Shown one piece after another: positions 25,116-37,655 of a DNA stretch of 64,000 bases (the first letter of the stretch is position 1; each line of letters starts with the position of its first letter). Made by a program: the position numbers and the translations under genes. Source of the stretch: Malacoraja senta (taxonomy: Eukaryota); contig CM075993.1 in NCBI GenBank assembly GCA_038087875.1, positions 5,396,001 to 5,460,000 of the forward strand, read 5' to 3'. The notes under the pieces were generated by a model, which did no database searches, was not told the origin of the DNA, and was given only the letters and a program-made list of their open reading frames with translations.

Positions 25116-25984
25116 ACTAATCTCCTCTGCCAGCAGATGATCCGTATTTCTCCATTCCCTGCATTTCCATGTGCCTATCTAAAAGCTTCTAAACCACCAC
25201 TACCGTGACTGCTTCCCCGGCAGCTCGCTCCAGTCACCCACCACCTTCTGGGTAAACAAAAAAAACTTGCCTCGTGCAATTCCTTTAAACTTTGCCTTTT
25301 TCATCTTGAAGATATTCCTTCTTGTCTTTGACGTTCACACCCTGGTGGAAAAAAGGCTCTGACTATTCTATCTATTCCCCTTATAATTTTATACACAGTT
25401 CTTCTAAAGGTCGCCCCCCTTAACCCCCTGTTTTCCCACATTTGTCCCAGGTTTGTGCGATCTCTCCCTATAACTGAAGCCCTCTAACCCACGTAGCATT
25501 GTGATAAACCCTTTCCAAAGCCTCCACATCCTTCCTCTAATGGGGGCAACCAGAACTGCTCGTGATGCAGCAAAGGTCTTCTTCTTCCTGTCCATCTGGT
25601 CTTTTCCTGTCCATCTGGTCACTAACGTTGGCCTCGCTGTCATCGTCCGTCCTGAAAAGGACGCGTGCTTCCGGCGACAATCAGTGGAAGCCATCACTTG
25701 TCGCAATAGATGATGGTGGTGGCAGAATTAGCTCAGGGTACTTCCAGTTTCCAGCCCCGCGACGTGGACGCTTCTGCTATGGGGCAGGTCGTATACAACT
25801 GCATTGTGATTTCATGACTCTTTATGCTCAAAGATTAATAAAGGGGTGGGAGATTGCAACCTTCACGTGGTCTCGACTAATGCAATCAACCTGACGCGCA
25901 CAAACAAATAGATGTCGTTTTTCATGCCACTTGATCCACAACTTTAGGCTGTGCACGCCATACGCAAGAAGAAGGAGTAGGAGA

Positions 25985-26337
25985 AGCTTGGACACACTAG
26001 AGGCAGGAAACATGTTCCCGATGTTGGGGGAGTCCAGAACCAGGGGCCACACAGTTTAAGAATAAGGGGTAAGCCACTTAGAACGGAGATGAGGAAACAC
26101 TTTTTCTCACAGAGAGTGGTGAGTCTGTGGAATTCTCTGCCTTAGAGGGCGGTGGAGGCAGGTTCTCTGGATACTTTCAACAGGGAGCTAGATAGGGCTC
26201 TTAAAGAGCGGAGTCAGGGGATATGGGGAGAAGGCAGGAACGGGGTACTGATTGTGGATGATCAGCCATGATCACATTGAATGGCGGTGCTGGCTCGAAG
26301 GGCCGAATGGCCTATTCCTGCACATATTGTCTATTGT
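25985..26337 (+). mobile_element. CR1/HER1 LINE 3' fragment
   Basis: Same family as 10015-10395. Confidence 0.85.
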
Positions 26338-27410
26338 CCAAGAAGTTTAATAAAAAAACATTTAAATCAATGTACACAGATACCCAGGACAGCGGCAGAG
26401 ATGGTTCTTGCAGGTTACTGCCTGGTATTGATCCAGACTGCGTTTCTGCACAACACGCACAGTGGGGATAAATTAGATTATTCAACAGAAAATAAGAAGG
26501 TCACGGCTCAAACAACATGCAACCTGCTGCAAGCGGCAGCAATATGACATGACCTTGCTGGCATTCCTGCAAAGAGCAGAGGAGTCAACAGTTGCATCGC
26601 TGGTACACACAAATGCTGGAGAAACTCAGCGGGTGCAGCAGCATCTATGGAGCGAAGGAAATAGTCAACGTTTCGGGCCGAATCGCTGCACTGGATCAGG
26701 GCTTCGTTCCTGGGTGAGAAATGTCCAGCGTCCTCTGCTTGCAGGGGTGGTGACTCATGCTCGGGTCTGCTCATTGGGGTTCTATTGCAAAATGTTTTGC
26801 AGAACACATCCTCCTCCCTATAAAATGAATGAGAAGGGGATGTGCTCGCTAACACACTAAGCCGGTGGTTACTCACGGGGCGGGTTGTTTGACTAGTAGG
26901 GAAGAACAGGGGAGGGGGACTATTTAGAGTGCTTTTACAAACAGTATGTAAATTCATAATGGGTCCAACGACCTTTTATATGGCAGAATTGTTACATAGA
27001 AACACAGAAAAATTGCAGTAGGCCATTCGGCCCTTTGTGTCGGTTCTGTCATTCAATACACGAATGGCTTATCTTCTATCTCAGTGCCATATTCCCATCT
27101 CTTCCCGAATTCCTTTGTGCTTTTGTGTCCATTAGACTCACTATCCCTTCGTAAATACATTCCCTGACTTCACACCCACAAGCTTCAGTGGCAGCAAATT
27201 CCACAATGTTCACCCACTCTTTGAATTCTGGGGGTTCAGCACTGACTGGTGAATGGACCCACCATCTTAACGCCGTCTCTTCGCCCACAAATACTTCAGT
27301 TGACAGCAAACCTTTCAATATCAGTGGAAGCTCGTCTCTGATGCAAGGAGAATAATGGCAATAGAAGGTAGACAGAAAAAGCTGCCGTAACTCCGCGGGT
27401 CAGGCAGCAT

Positions 27411-28132
27411 CAAGATGGCAGCACGAACACATCGAGAAGCCCTGTGTCTGACCAGAATCTGCGCATTTTTGGCGGTCGCAAGAACGACAACTAAGTCTTG
27501 TAACTTATTTTATTCTGAAAATAGTTTCTTAGCTCACAGGTTCTTACAACACGTTTGGCCACGACGGTGGTCAGCGCTGAACTGCCGCGCGAAAGCGAAA
27601 CCGCGCGAAAAACCAGCAGCCCCTCCCGAGTCACGTGACCGCAGCTTCCAAACGCCGGGTTCGATACCTGCGTGCGCCAGCAGGTGCCGCCTACACATAA
27701 CAGTAACTTGCTTGTTTGTCTCAAGTCTGTTCACTCAGTACAGTCTTGCGTACATATCGTACAGCCGACAGGAACTTTTGAACATTGGTTCCTGCAACTC
27801 CGACAACTTTTTCGGCGAACTCCGTCTCGCTCCTGAACTAGCCAGAACTGCGGAGCGTATCAACCCAGCTCAGCCGACCGGAAGCGCCCGTAGACGGCGC
27901 CGAGAACGTAATCACCGCCGCGAATGCCGAGGAGGCTTAAGGGCTAGGCTAAAGTCAACTCAACACAGGCTATCAATTCCTAGTCTTTTCCTCACCTTTT
28001 TCCTCGCCAACGTACGATCACTGGCGAACAAAATGGACGAACTCCAGCTGCGAATTACCACCCACAATTGGATTAAGGACTGCAACATCTTGATTTTCAC
28101 GGAAACATGGCTCAACAACGACCTTCCTGATA
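27411..28132 (+). mobile_element. Rex1/Babar LINE 5' end with start of the APE endonuclease
   Basis: CAAGATGGC start, YSRQELLNIG, Arg-rich GGLRARL segment, LANVRSLANKMDEL...LIFTETWL. Confidence 0.75.
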
Positions 28133-28496
28133 TGTAAACAAAGCTTGGTGCCACCACATGCATTGCTTTTGCACTTCTGGTTAGATGCTAACTGCATTTC
28201 GTTGTCTCTGTACATGTACTCTGCACAATGACAATAAAGTTGAATCAAATCAAATCAAATCAAGCATCTCTGGAGAAAAGAAGTTGATGAGGTTTTGGAT
28301 CGAGACCCTTCTTCATCTGCATGGCTCATTTGGTAATGGGAACATTGATGGTTCCAAGGAGACACAAGAAACTGTAGATCAGACTGAAGAAGGGTCCTAA
28401 CCCAAAACGTCATCTGTCCATTTCCTCCACAGATGCTGCCTGACTCGCCGAGTTCCTCCAGCACTTTGCATTTTTCTCACTGTTCGTTCCAAGGTC

Positions 28497-28706
28497 AAGG
28501 CACAAAAAGCTGGAGTAACTCAGTAGGACAGGCAGCATCTCGGGAGAAATGGAATAGGTGACGTTTCGGGTCGAGACCCTTCTTCAGACTCGACCCAAAA
28601 CATCACCTATTCCTTTTCTCCAGAGATGCTGCCTGACCCGCTGGGTTACTCCAGCTTTTTGTGTCTATCTTCAGTTTAAACCAGCATCTGCAGTTCCTTC
28701 CTACAT
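28497..28706. mobile_element. Fold-back Penelope pLTR unit with 11-bp TSD
   Basis: Inverted pLTR pair, intact hammerhead core on minus strand at 28560-28587, flanked by GTTCCAAGGTC. Confidence 0.75.
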
Positions 28707-29535
28707 GTTCCAAGGTCTGAGTTTGGCAACTGGACGGGTGGAGTCTGGTTGCGGCAAATGATTTGAGTGCTCTGGGTCTAGAACCCAACTCCTAACCACT
28801 GTCTTGTTGGTACCCCTGCCGGAAAGGTATGTCCACATGGACGTGGAATGTGACTTAAGGTTATTTTGAGCTGAGATTCTTCTTGGTTCTTGGTCCTCCA
28901 AAATGTTCCACATGGAAGAGGCTCAAAAGATGTCTTCCACGGTTGAATTGCCTTTGATCATCGATACTGTGTTGGTAGAATGACCGAAGCACAGAGGATG
29001 GATCTCACTTCTTCAGTATTGCTGATGTTTTTTGTGGAATAACAAGAAAAAAATGTAGATTTAACTAATTGAGTTGGAAATTTACAAGCATAGCACATTG
29101 TGTGTTGCTTGTCTCAGCCTTGTGGATCTTTTGTTGTGTTGTTATATGATCCGCAGCCTGCTCAGGGTCATCACAGTCGTACGTTGTAGACTGCAACGAC
29201 CAGGTTCAGGAACAGCTACTTCCCCACAGCCATCAGGCTATTAAACCTGGCTCGGACACAACACTGAACTTTATTAGCCAATACTGTTATTTGCACTTTA
29301 TCAGTATATTGATTCATGTGTGTATATATTTATAGATTGCCTTGTAGTCAATGCCTACTATGTTCTGTTGTGCTGAAGCAAAGCAAGAATTTCATTGTCC
29401 TATCAGGGACAAATGACAATAAACTCACTTGACACTTGACACTTTTAAAACATCTTCCATGAGCATTCAAATCATTTGCCGCAACCAGACTCCACCCGTC
29501 CAGTTGCCAAACTCAGACCTTGGAACATGTAGGAA

Positions 29536-30634
29536 CAACATCCCCTTTCCCATCAGAACTGCCCCCTCCATCGACTCTTTTAAGTCAAGACTAAAGACTT
29601 ATCTATACTCCCCAAGCCTTTCCTGACGTCCTCTGAGTGAGGGCTACGTGTATATATGTATGTAGGTACACAAAAATGCTGGAGAAACTCAGCGGGTGCA
29701 GCAGCATCTATGGAGTGAAGGAAATAGGCAACGTTTCGGGCCGAAACCCTTCTTCAGACTGATAGGCAATATATGTATGTAGTTTCACATATATGTATGT
29801 ATGTATGAATTCTGACACACAGCCATGTTTTTAGACAATAGACAACAGGTGCAGTTGTAGGCCATTTGGCCCTTCGAGCCACCACCGCCATTCAATGTGA
29901 TCATGGCTGATCATCCACAATCAGTACCCCGTTCCTGCCTTCTCCCCATATCCCCTGACTCCGCTATCTTTAAGAGGCAGAAAATTCCACAGACTCACAA
30001 CTCTCTGTGAGAAAAAGAGTTTCCTCGTCTCCGTTCTAAATGGCTCACCCCTTATTCTTAAACTGTGGCCCCAGGTTCTGGACTCCCCAACATCGGGAAC
30101 ATATTTCCTGCCTCTAGCGTGTCCAAACCCTTAATAATCTTAGGTACACAAAAATGCTGGAGAAACTCAGCAGGTGCAGCAGCATCTATGGAGCGAAGGA
30201 AATAGGCAACGTTTCGGGCCGAAACCCTTCTTCAGACTGATAGGCAATATATGTATGTAGTTTCACATATATGTATGTATGTATGAATTCTCCCAATTCT
30301 GCTAGCCCTTGCTGTCCCCTCCCCTCCCCTTCATCAGCCATCTGGTTGTCTCCTCCCCTCCCCCAGCCCTCGGGCTCCTCCTCCGCCTTTTTCCTTTTTT
30401 CCTTTCTTCTCCCCACCCCCTATCAGTCTGAAGAAGGGTTTCGGCCCGAAACGTTACCTCTTTCCTTCGCTCCATAGATGCTGCTGCACCCGCTGAGTTT
30501 CTCCAGCATTTTTGTGCACCTATGTATGTAGTTTGTTTTGTTTGTGCTATTCGTATAACAAATGTAAAGCACTTTGGCCAACGAGAGTTGTTTTTTAAAT
30601 GTGCTATATAAATAAATGTGACTTGACTTGACTT
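29536..30634 (+). mobile_element. L2 LINE 3' end interrupted by Penelope pLTRs and CR1
   Basis: IPFPIRTAPSIDSFKSRLKTYLYS, then tail GTAAAGCACTTTGG...GTGCTATATAAATAAA-(TGACT)n. Confidence 0.7.
30428..30455 (+). ncRNA. Minimal hammerhead motif, UUCG-loop variant
   Basis: CTGAAGA-A-GGGT-TTCG-GCCC-GAAA-CG-TT. Confidence 0.6.
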
Positions 30635-30654
30635 GTCCATAAAAAAAAACCTTT

Positions 30655-31010
30655 CCCACTGACTCCGGATCCGTTGCCGCCGAACTCCAGTCCCGCGTTT
30701 TCGATCTGCGCATATTTTGCTTATGACGAATGGTCGCAGTGGACCATGTGGAAAACCCGTGACGGATCGGCGCACCAGTCCGGACGCGGAGTGCAAGCGC
30801 AGACAAAAACAAGCTCTCAGTCCCCGCCGCGTTTGCAGGTCTCCATGTGCCCCGGAACGTTAAAAAATTCGTATAAATTAATCCGTCTGCAGTTTGCAGC
30901 CGGAATGCACCGCGATTGCACGTTGCAATTCTTATCTACCAGGGGGCATCGAAAAAATGCCGATGAAATTCGTGCAAAATAACGTTTTGCACCATGTTTA
31001 CGAACGGATC
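30655..31010. promoter_or_regulatory. CpG-rich unique segment, candidate promoter
   Basis: Dense CpG in non-repetitive sequence at the start of a TE-free block of about 2.3 kb. Confidence 0.45.
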
Positions 31011-33144
31011 TTTAAAATCCTTATGAAATGGCCATCAGATTGCAACTCCCCCACCCTTTCCATTGGCCTGTTTCACGCATTTCTTCATGCACTCTCCCCC
31101 AAAACACAAGCTTTTTGTGCAAATTCTGCATCCTTGGCCGAAAAGGTTTTGTTTTTTGGGACAATGAAACAGTGGCTGCAAAAAATGCTAAGTTCGTTTC
31201 TGAAACACGTTTAGTGTTTTGCAGGACCACCGGTGTGTGTGTGTCATTAACAGTGTGAGACCGACTTTTAGTCGAACAAATATGTGTTGTTGCAGATACT
31301 TTTGCAGGGAAACACTTGGAGGAAATTTGTCGACTTTGGAGGAAATTCTGTTGTTTTTCTCAGAATAACGAGAAAACATTTACCCAAACAAGCACACGAC
31401 TTATTATGCATGCACCTCCAACTTCAAACTTTTTGGGGGGTTTTTCCCTTCAATTTGTGAAACATCCTTGTATGCAGATTACAAGAATAAATATGATGGC
31501 AAAAATAATAGACTTAAAGGGAGAAGCATAAAGCTAATTGTGTTCTGAACCCCAAAAAAAGACATTTAAAATGTATCAATCCACTCTCTCCGTTTGAATT
31601 TACCCTCTTGTGCTTAACACCTTTTATTTATTTTAAAATGTCCCCCTCTGACCACGTGGAGATCTGAGTTTGTTGTGTGAGAGAGTGTTCTACAATGCTC
31701 CTTTCAAGCCACGATTGAGTATTGTTGCAAGCACCTGTGATTTTTGTTAACAGTTTATTGATTTTGCATTATTTTAATAATTACGGTGCAGAGAGACACA
31801 AAGGAGAGAGGGAAAAAAAACATTTTTTTCTGCCCACGATATCAGTGAATCGCAGGGAAAACAAGCTTTTGTAAAAATCTGAATGGAAACTCTGTAGTGA
31901 ATGCAAGAAAGGATATGCTGTTTACAGTGGAGAATATTGGCAAACTGTTGAAAACAGTCAAGGGCAATTTTATTTTGAGGTTCAAAGTACAGTACAAAAA
32001 AATCATTAAAAAAAAATTCTGCTGAATCATATTATCTGAGGGAAATATCATGTTTGTTTATTGAGTGTAACTTGATTAACATACAACAGGACTAGCTATT
32101 CAAGTGGAGCATGTCAGGAACATGTTAAGATTGAGTAAACATTTTCTTCCTTCATATTTGCATACATGTGGATATGACTACAATCATCAAGGTTGCAACA
32201 GCAATTGTGGTGAATTCCTCTTTCCCCCCCTGTTTGGGGTTTTGGTGGTCGGGAGAAGTGGAAAGACTGTTCAGATTGAATAGTTTTGCTGAAGGGATCT
32301 GATGCAAACACTGAGATCACCAGGAACATTAGCAGAAACTAAACACTACAGAAGGGAAAATGGTGACTCATTTCAGATACTCCGTGTACCATATAATCAT
32401 TTCACTTAAATTAAGATTAAATTTTGCTGACTTGAAATTCTTACATAATTCGTTCAATCGAAATTTTGGTTGCAATTGTTTGTGGAAACTCTTTTTGTTC
32501 CAGCATAAAAATTGGTAAGATTGCTGAAAGCATGGTTTTATTTAAAGTTATGGTACACAAAATAACACTTTGCAGTAATCGAGATTCTTGTGCACACATC
32601 AACACAATTGCCCTCGTCTTAACTACTTATAGAGCAGGATGTTGTCCATTGTGGAAGTCAAAGCATGAAGTACCTGGAATATTGAACTGGTTAGCCACCA
32701 AGTGCAGAAGCAGTATTTCTGAAGAACCCCAGGACAATAGAATAAATCTGTTCACTTATGAAGTCAACAAAATACATTTTGAAGATGCATTAAATTATTT
32801 TACCTCTGATCCAGTACAAACACCTGCACATTTTGTATCAATTAATTAAATATAACGATGTTTTTAAACTGGAGGCTGGTCTATCTTATACCTTGTTCTT
32901 TGGTCTTGACAATAATATGAACCACTTTGGCCCATTAGTTAGCACACACAACTTTGGTACCGCTGTGGGGATGTTTGTGTTGTGGACTATTGTGTTCTGT
33001 GCATTTATTTATTTTTATTCGTATGGCTGTATGGGAAAGAGCATTTTGTTGTCTAAGTACTTGTACTATGGACAATGACAATAAAGTTGAATCAAATCAA
33101 ATCAAACATGGCATACACATATAAATGCAACCGTAAATGGGAGG

Positions 33145-33437
33145 ACCTCATATTTCGCTTGGGCAGTTTGCACCCCAGCGGTATGAACATTGACTTCTCT
33201 AATTTCAGGTAGTCCTTACTTTCTCCTCCCCTTCTCAGCTCTCCCTCAGCCCACTGGCTCCACCTCTTCCTTTCTTCTTCCACCCCCCCCCCCCACCCTC
33301 ACATCAGTCTGAAGAAGGGTTTCAACCCGAAATGTCGCCTATTTCCTTCGCTCCATAGATGCTGCCTCACCCGCTGAGTTTCTCCAGCATTTTTGTCTAC
33401 CTTTGATTTTCCAGCATCTGCAGTTACCTTCTTAAAC
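33145..33437 (+). mobile_element. Penelope-like 3' end and pLTR
   Basis: LIFRLGSLHPSGMNIDFSNFR* plus degenerate hammerhead core at 33309-33336. Confidence 0.8.
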
Positions 33438-34059
33438 AATCTGATGCCAGTGATAGATTTTATTGATGCTTCTGAAGAGTCAATTTTAATATTTGAATGT
33501 GAATCGAGAATACAGTCGCTATAAATCTCTAACATCCAAACTGGTTTGTTTTGTTTAAACCTGAAGTAATTTGCCATTTTAATTGACCAACTGCAAACTG
33601 TTGGGTAAAGTTTTCAGGAGTATTTCACTCAATTATATATTACCTGGTTTCTAGTGCTTTCAGAACGAATAAAATATTTAAGTAAATGTTTAAAATTATA
33701 ACGTGCATAAAGTGACGATTAATTAGATGCAGCTTGACGTCCACTTTTCTTTTTGGTACGAATCGTTCATTTGTTGAATACAGATCAAAGAGTGGGAGAC
33801 CACCCAAAACAAAGTTGTTCTCTTGAGCAGCGATTTTGGCACCAAATTGAACATTAGCTCTCTTCACACTGCCACACTGTGGCTGTTGCACGCATTACCC
33901 ACAGAATGTCCAACAGCAACTTACAGAAGTTTTCTTTCAAAACATCTCTCAGCTCTAACCTCTAGACGCAACTGGAAAAATACCCACGTAAACATGATGT
34001 AACCACTGCACCATCAGTGTGGGTCGCCAATAACTTTTTTTTTAATGGACTCTAATGCA

Positions 34060-34830
34060 CAGGGAGCAAGCACTCAGCCCCACTGCTGTACTCACTCTAT
34101 ACTCATGACTGCGTAGCCGGACATAGTGTGAACTCCATCATCAAGTTCGCCGACGACACCACTGTTGTGGGACGTGTCACTGATGGGGACGAGTCAGAGT
34201 ATAGAAGTTAGATCGACCGACTGACCAAATGGTGCCAGCACAATAACCTGGCTCTCAACACCAGCAAAAACCAAGGAACTGATTGTGGACTTCGGAAGGG
34301 GTAGGATGGGGTCCCACAGTCCCGTTTATATCAACGGGTCGATGGTGGAAAGGGTCAAGAACTTCAAATTCCTGGGCGTTCATATTTCCGAAGATCTCTC
34401 CTGGTCCCAGAACACTGATGCAATCATAAAGAAAGCACATCAGCACCTCTACTTCCGGAGAAGATTACGGAGAGTCGGTATATCAAGGAGGACTCTCTCA
34501 ATCTCAAACTTCTACAGGTGTACAGTAGAGAGCATGCTGACCGGTTGCATCGTGGCCTGGTTCGGGAACTTGAGCGCCTAGGAGCGGAAAACACTGCAAA
34601 AAGTAGTAAACACTGCCCAGTCCATCTCCGGCGCTGACCTCCCCACCATCGAGGGGATCTATCGAAGTCGCTGACTCAAAAAGGCAGCCAGCATCATCAG
34701 AGACCCACGCCATCCTGGCCACACACTCATCTCACCATTGCCATCGGCGAAGAAGGTACAGGAGCCTGAAGACTGCAACGTCCAGGTTCAGGAACAGCTA
34801 CTTCCCCACAGCCATCAGGCTATTAAACAC
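34060..34830 (+). mobile_element. Rex1/Babar LINE RT fragment
   Basis: LSPLLYSLYTHDC...IIKFADDTTVVG...VERVKNFKFLGVHISEDLSW; the 3' tail continues to about 35175. Confidence 0.88.
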
Positions 34831-35707
34831 AACAAATAAGCGATGAGCTCTGAACTGCTAAAGACTATATTATTATTTGTTATTTGCACTATATTTGTTA
34901 TTTATTGAACTTTTATCTTTTTTCCCCCGTTATATACAATGTTTACATATTCACATATTCTGTGTTAAAGAAGGAACTGCAGATGCTGGAAAATCGAAGG
35001 GGGTCTGAAGAAGGGTTTCAGCCCGAAACGTTGCATATTTCCTTCGCTCCATAGATGCTGCTGCACCCGCTGAGTTTCTCCAGCATTTTTGTCTACCTTC
35101 ACATATTCTGTTGTGCTGCAGCAAGTACGAATTTCATTGTCCTATCTAGGACATATGACAATAAAACACTCTTGACTGTTGTATTTCATTTAACAAGGGT
35201 GCAAGCAACACATCTCGTGAACGTGCCATTATGATTCATAGTTTCTGTTGCCGCAGAGTCAGGATCCATTGTGGGAGAACGATCACCACAAAGATTGCAG
35301 TGGTTGAAGCAGGAGACACACCAGCACCTTCTCAGGCAACCGCAGATGGGAAACCGATGGGTTCTTGCCAACACCGCTCCCATCCCAGCTACAAATGTCA
35401 GCAACAGTATTCCCTCTCAGGGTCACGCAGGATCTGCAAATGCAAAAATAGATCTCTACGCTTTCTACGTGGCAAACACCTCATATGTGGAATTCTCTGC
35501 CTCAGAGGGCGGTGGAGGCAGGTTCTCCGGATGCTTTCAAGAGAGAGCTAGATAGGGCTCTTAAAAATAGCGGAGTCAGGGGATATGGGGAGAAGGCAGG
35601 AACGGGGTACTGATTGGGGATGATCAGCCATGATCTCATTGAATGGCGGTGCTGGCTCGAAGGGCCAAATGGTCTACTCCTGACCTATTGTCTATTGTCT
35701 ATAAGAA

Positions 35708-35935
35708 CTTTAATGAGGCATCACAACGGCTGGGAAGGCGGATGAAGGCTGCAGCAGAAAAGGGTCCCCGGTCGTCTTGGACTCCATGCCACTGGATCCT
35801 GACCCAGATCCGTCAAGGACCGTGGGGTGGCTGTCTGTGCACCAGTCTCCCCACGTTAAACAAAGTCACGCACAGGCGTCCTCCCAAACGAGAACAGTCA
35901 TACTCGTTCCGAGTGACCGCCGGTGATGATGATGG
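35708..35935 (+). mobile_element. Short RTE-tailed retroposon (possibly bipartite)
   Basis: 3' end ACAGTCATACTCGTTCCGAGTGACCGCCGGT(GAT)n matches the RTE tail at about 40460-40497. Confidence 0.55.
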
Positions 35936-35978
35936 TGAAGAAATTGTTATTTTATGCCAGCTATAATTTTAAATATTT

Positions 35979-36414
35979 TTCCACCTGACGTGGTCTGCAT
36001 TTATAGAATTATTACAAACATAGGGTGCAAAGTACTTTAAAAAAATAAAAAATTGAGGTCGGGTAAGGGGGGATGATAGTTGAAGAGTTGGTATGTCCTA
36101 TTTACGTGATGCTCAAAAAAAAAAACATTTGTTTTTCTTTTTTTCTCTCTCTCTTTTCTTTTCTTAGGGCCTATTTCTTAACTCTTTTTCTTTTTGTTTT
36201 TAATTTCGCTCTCATAGGGTCCTCGTCCTTTTTTTTTGTTGTTACATTTTCTACACTTTTCTACACTTGCACTTTTTCCTTCACTTTCTTCTCTCTTTCA
36301 ATCTTTCTTTCTTTAGTGTAAAAAAAATAAATAAAGGGAGTACATTAATTGTAAGAAGATATAAATGACGAGTATTAATGTATGTGGCTGTGATGTAATG
36401 TACTTCTAATAAAT

Positions 36415-36461
<47 letters not shown>
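35979..36461 (+). mobile_element. L1-type 3' end with 39-nt poly(A) and 11-bp TSD
   Basis: WSAFIELLQT* ORF-end-like peptide, T-rich UTR, AATAAA, A39; TTTAAATATTT at 35968-35978 and 36462-36472. Confidence 0.7.
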
Positions 36462-36464
<3 letters not shown>

Positions 36465-37089
36465 AAATATTTGCTGGGGTAACTCGGCGGGTCATGCAGC
36501 ATGTCTGGAGATAAAGGATGGGTGACGTTTCCGGTCGGGACACCTTCTCCAGACTGATTCCTCACTAGATCTTCCTCGCTGCGACACCATCACTGCTCTA
36601 TCTTGACGTCAGCCTCTGGTTGACCTCCCCCAGCATTTGAGATTCATTGTCACCTTAGGCAATTGGTAGATCTTCACAATCAGCAGTGTGTTGGCGCCAA
36701 GGTGAGCCCTGCCCTCATTAATGGGGAGCAGGCAAGCTGCAGTCACTGTGATACAGGCTCAGTAAAGTACTGAGGTAAAGTGCAGTCTTGAGCTGGTCGG
36801 AGAGGGAAGGCTGGGGAGGGGAGCTGGTGCAACAGCAGTCTGTTGAAGTGTGGAAAGCCCAGGGCACATTGATGTGTCCTGTTGCCACACACCAGTGAAG
36901 AACTAGGAGGCACAGAAGCTGGTTTACAAAAAACCCCCACAAAGTGCTGGAGTAACTCAGCGGGTCAGGTAGTATCTCGGGAGAACATGGATATGTCTGG
37001 TTAGCACGGCTGCGATGTCCGACCTGCTGAGTTACTTCAGCATTTTGTGACTTTTCCAGTGAAGAATTCCCTACCCTCTCTTTGGACAC

Positions 37090-37655
37090 ATTACGGAGAG
37101 TCGGTATGTCAAGGAGGACTCTCTCTAACTTCTACAGGTGCACAGTAGAGAGCATGCTGACCGGTTGCTTCGTGGCTTGGTTCGGCAACTTGAGCGCCCA
37201 GGAGCGGAAAAGACTCCAAAAAGTAGTAAACACTGCCCAGTCCATCATCGGCTCTGACCTCCCTTCCATCGAGGGGATCTATCGCAGTCGCTGCCTCAAA
37301 AAGGCTGGCAGCATCATCAGGGACCCACACCATCCTGGCCACATACTCATCTCCCCGCTACCTTCAGGTAGAAGGTACAGGAGCCTGAAGACTGCAACGT
37401 CCAGGTTCAGGAATAGCTACTTCCCCTCAGCCATCAGGCTATTAACCTCAAATGAAACAAAACTGAACATTAATAGACCATTATCTGTTTATTTGCACTT
37501 TATCTGCTTATTTATCGATGTGTGTATATATTTATATAATGATATATGGACACACTGATCTGTTCTGTATTCATGCCTACTATATTCTGTTGTTCTGAAG
37601 CAAAGCAAGAATTTCATTGTCCTATCTGGGACACACGATAATTAACTCTCGAATC
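37090..37655 (+). mobile_element. Rex1/Babar LINE 3' fragment
   Basis: RT C-terminus ...SRFRNSYFPSAIRLL plus tail. Confidence 0.85.

Noticed and set aside
27415..28137. Host protein-coding gene (240 aa)
   Set aside because: C-terminal half is a LINE APE endonuclease start
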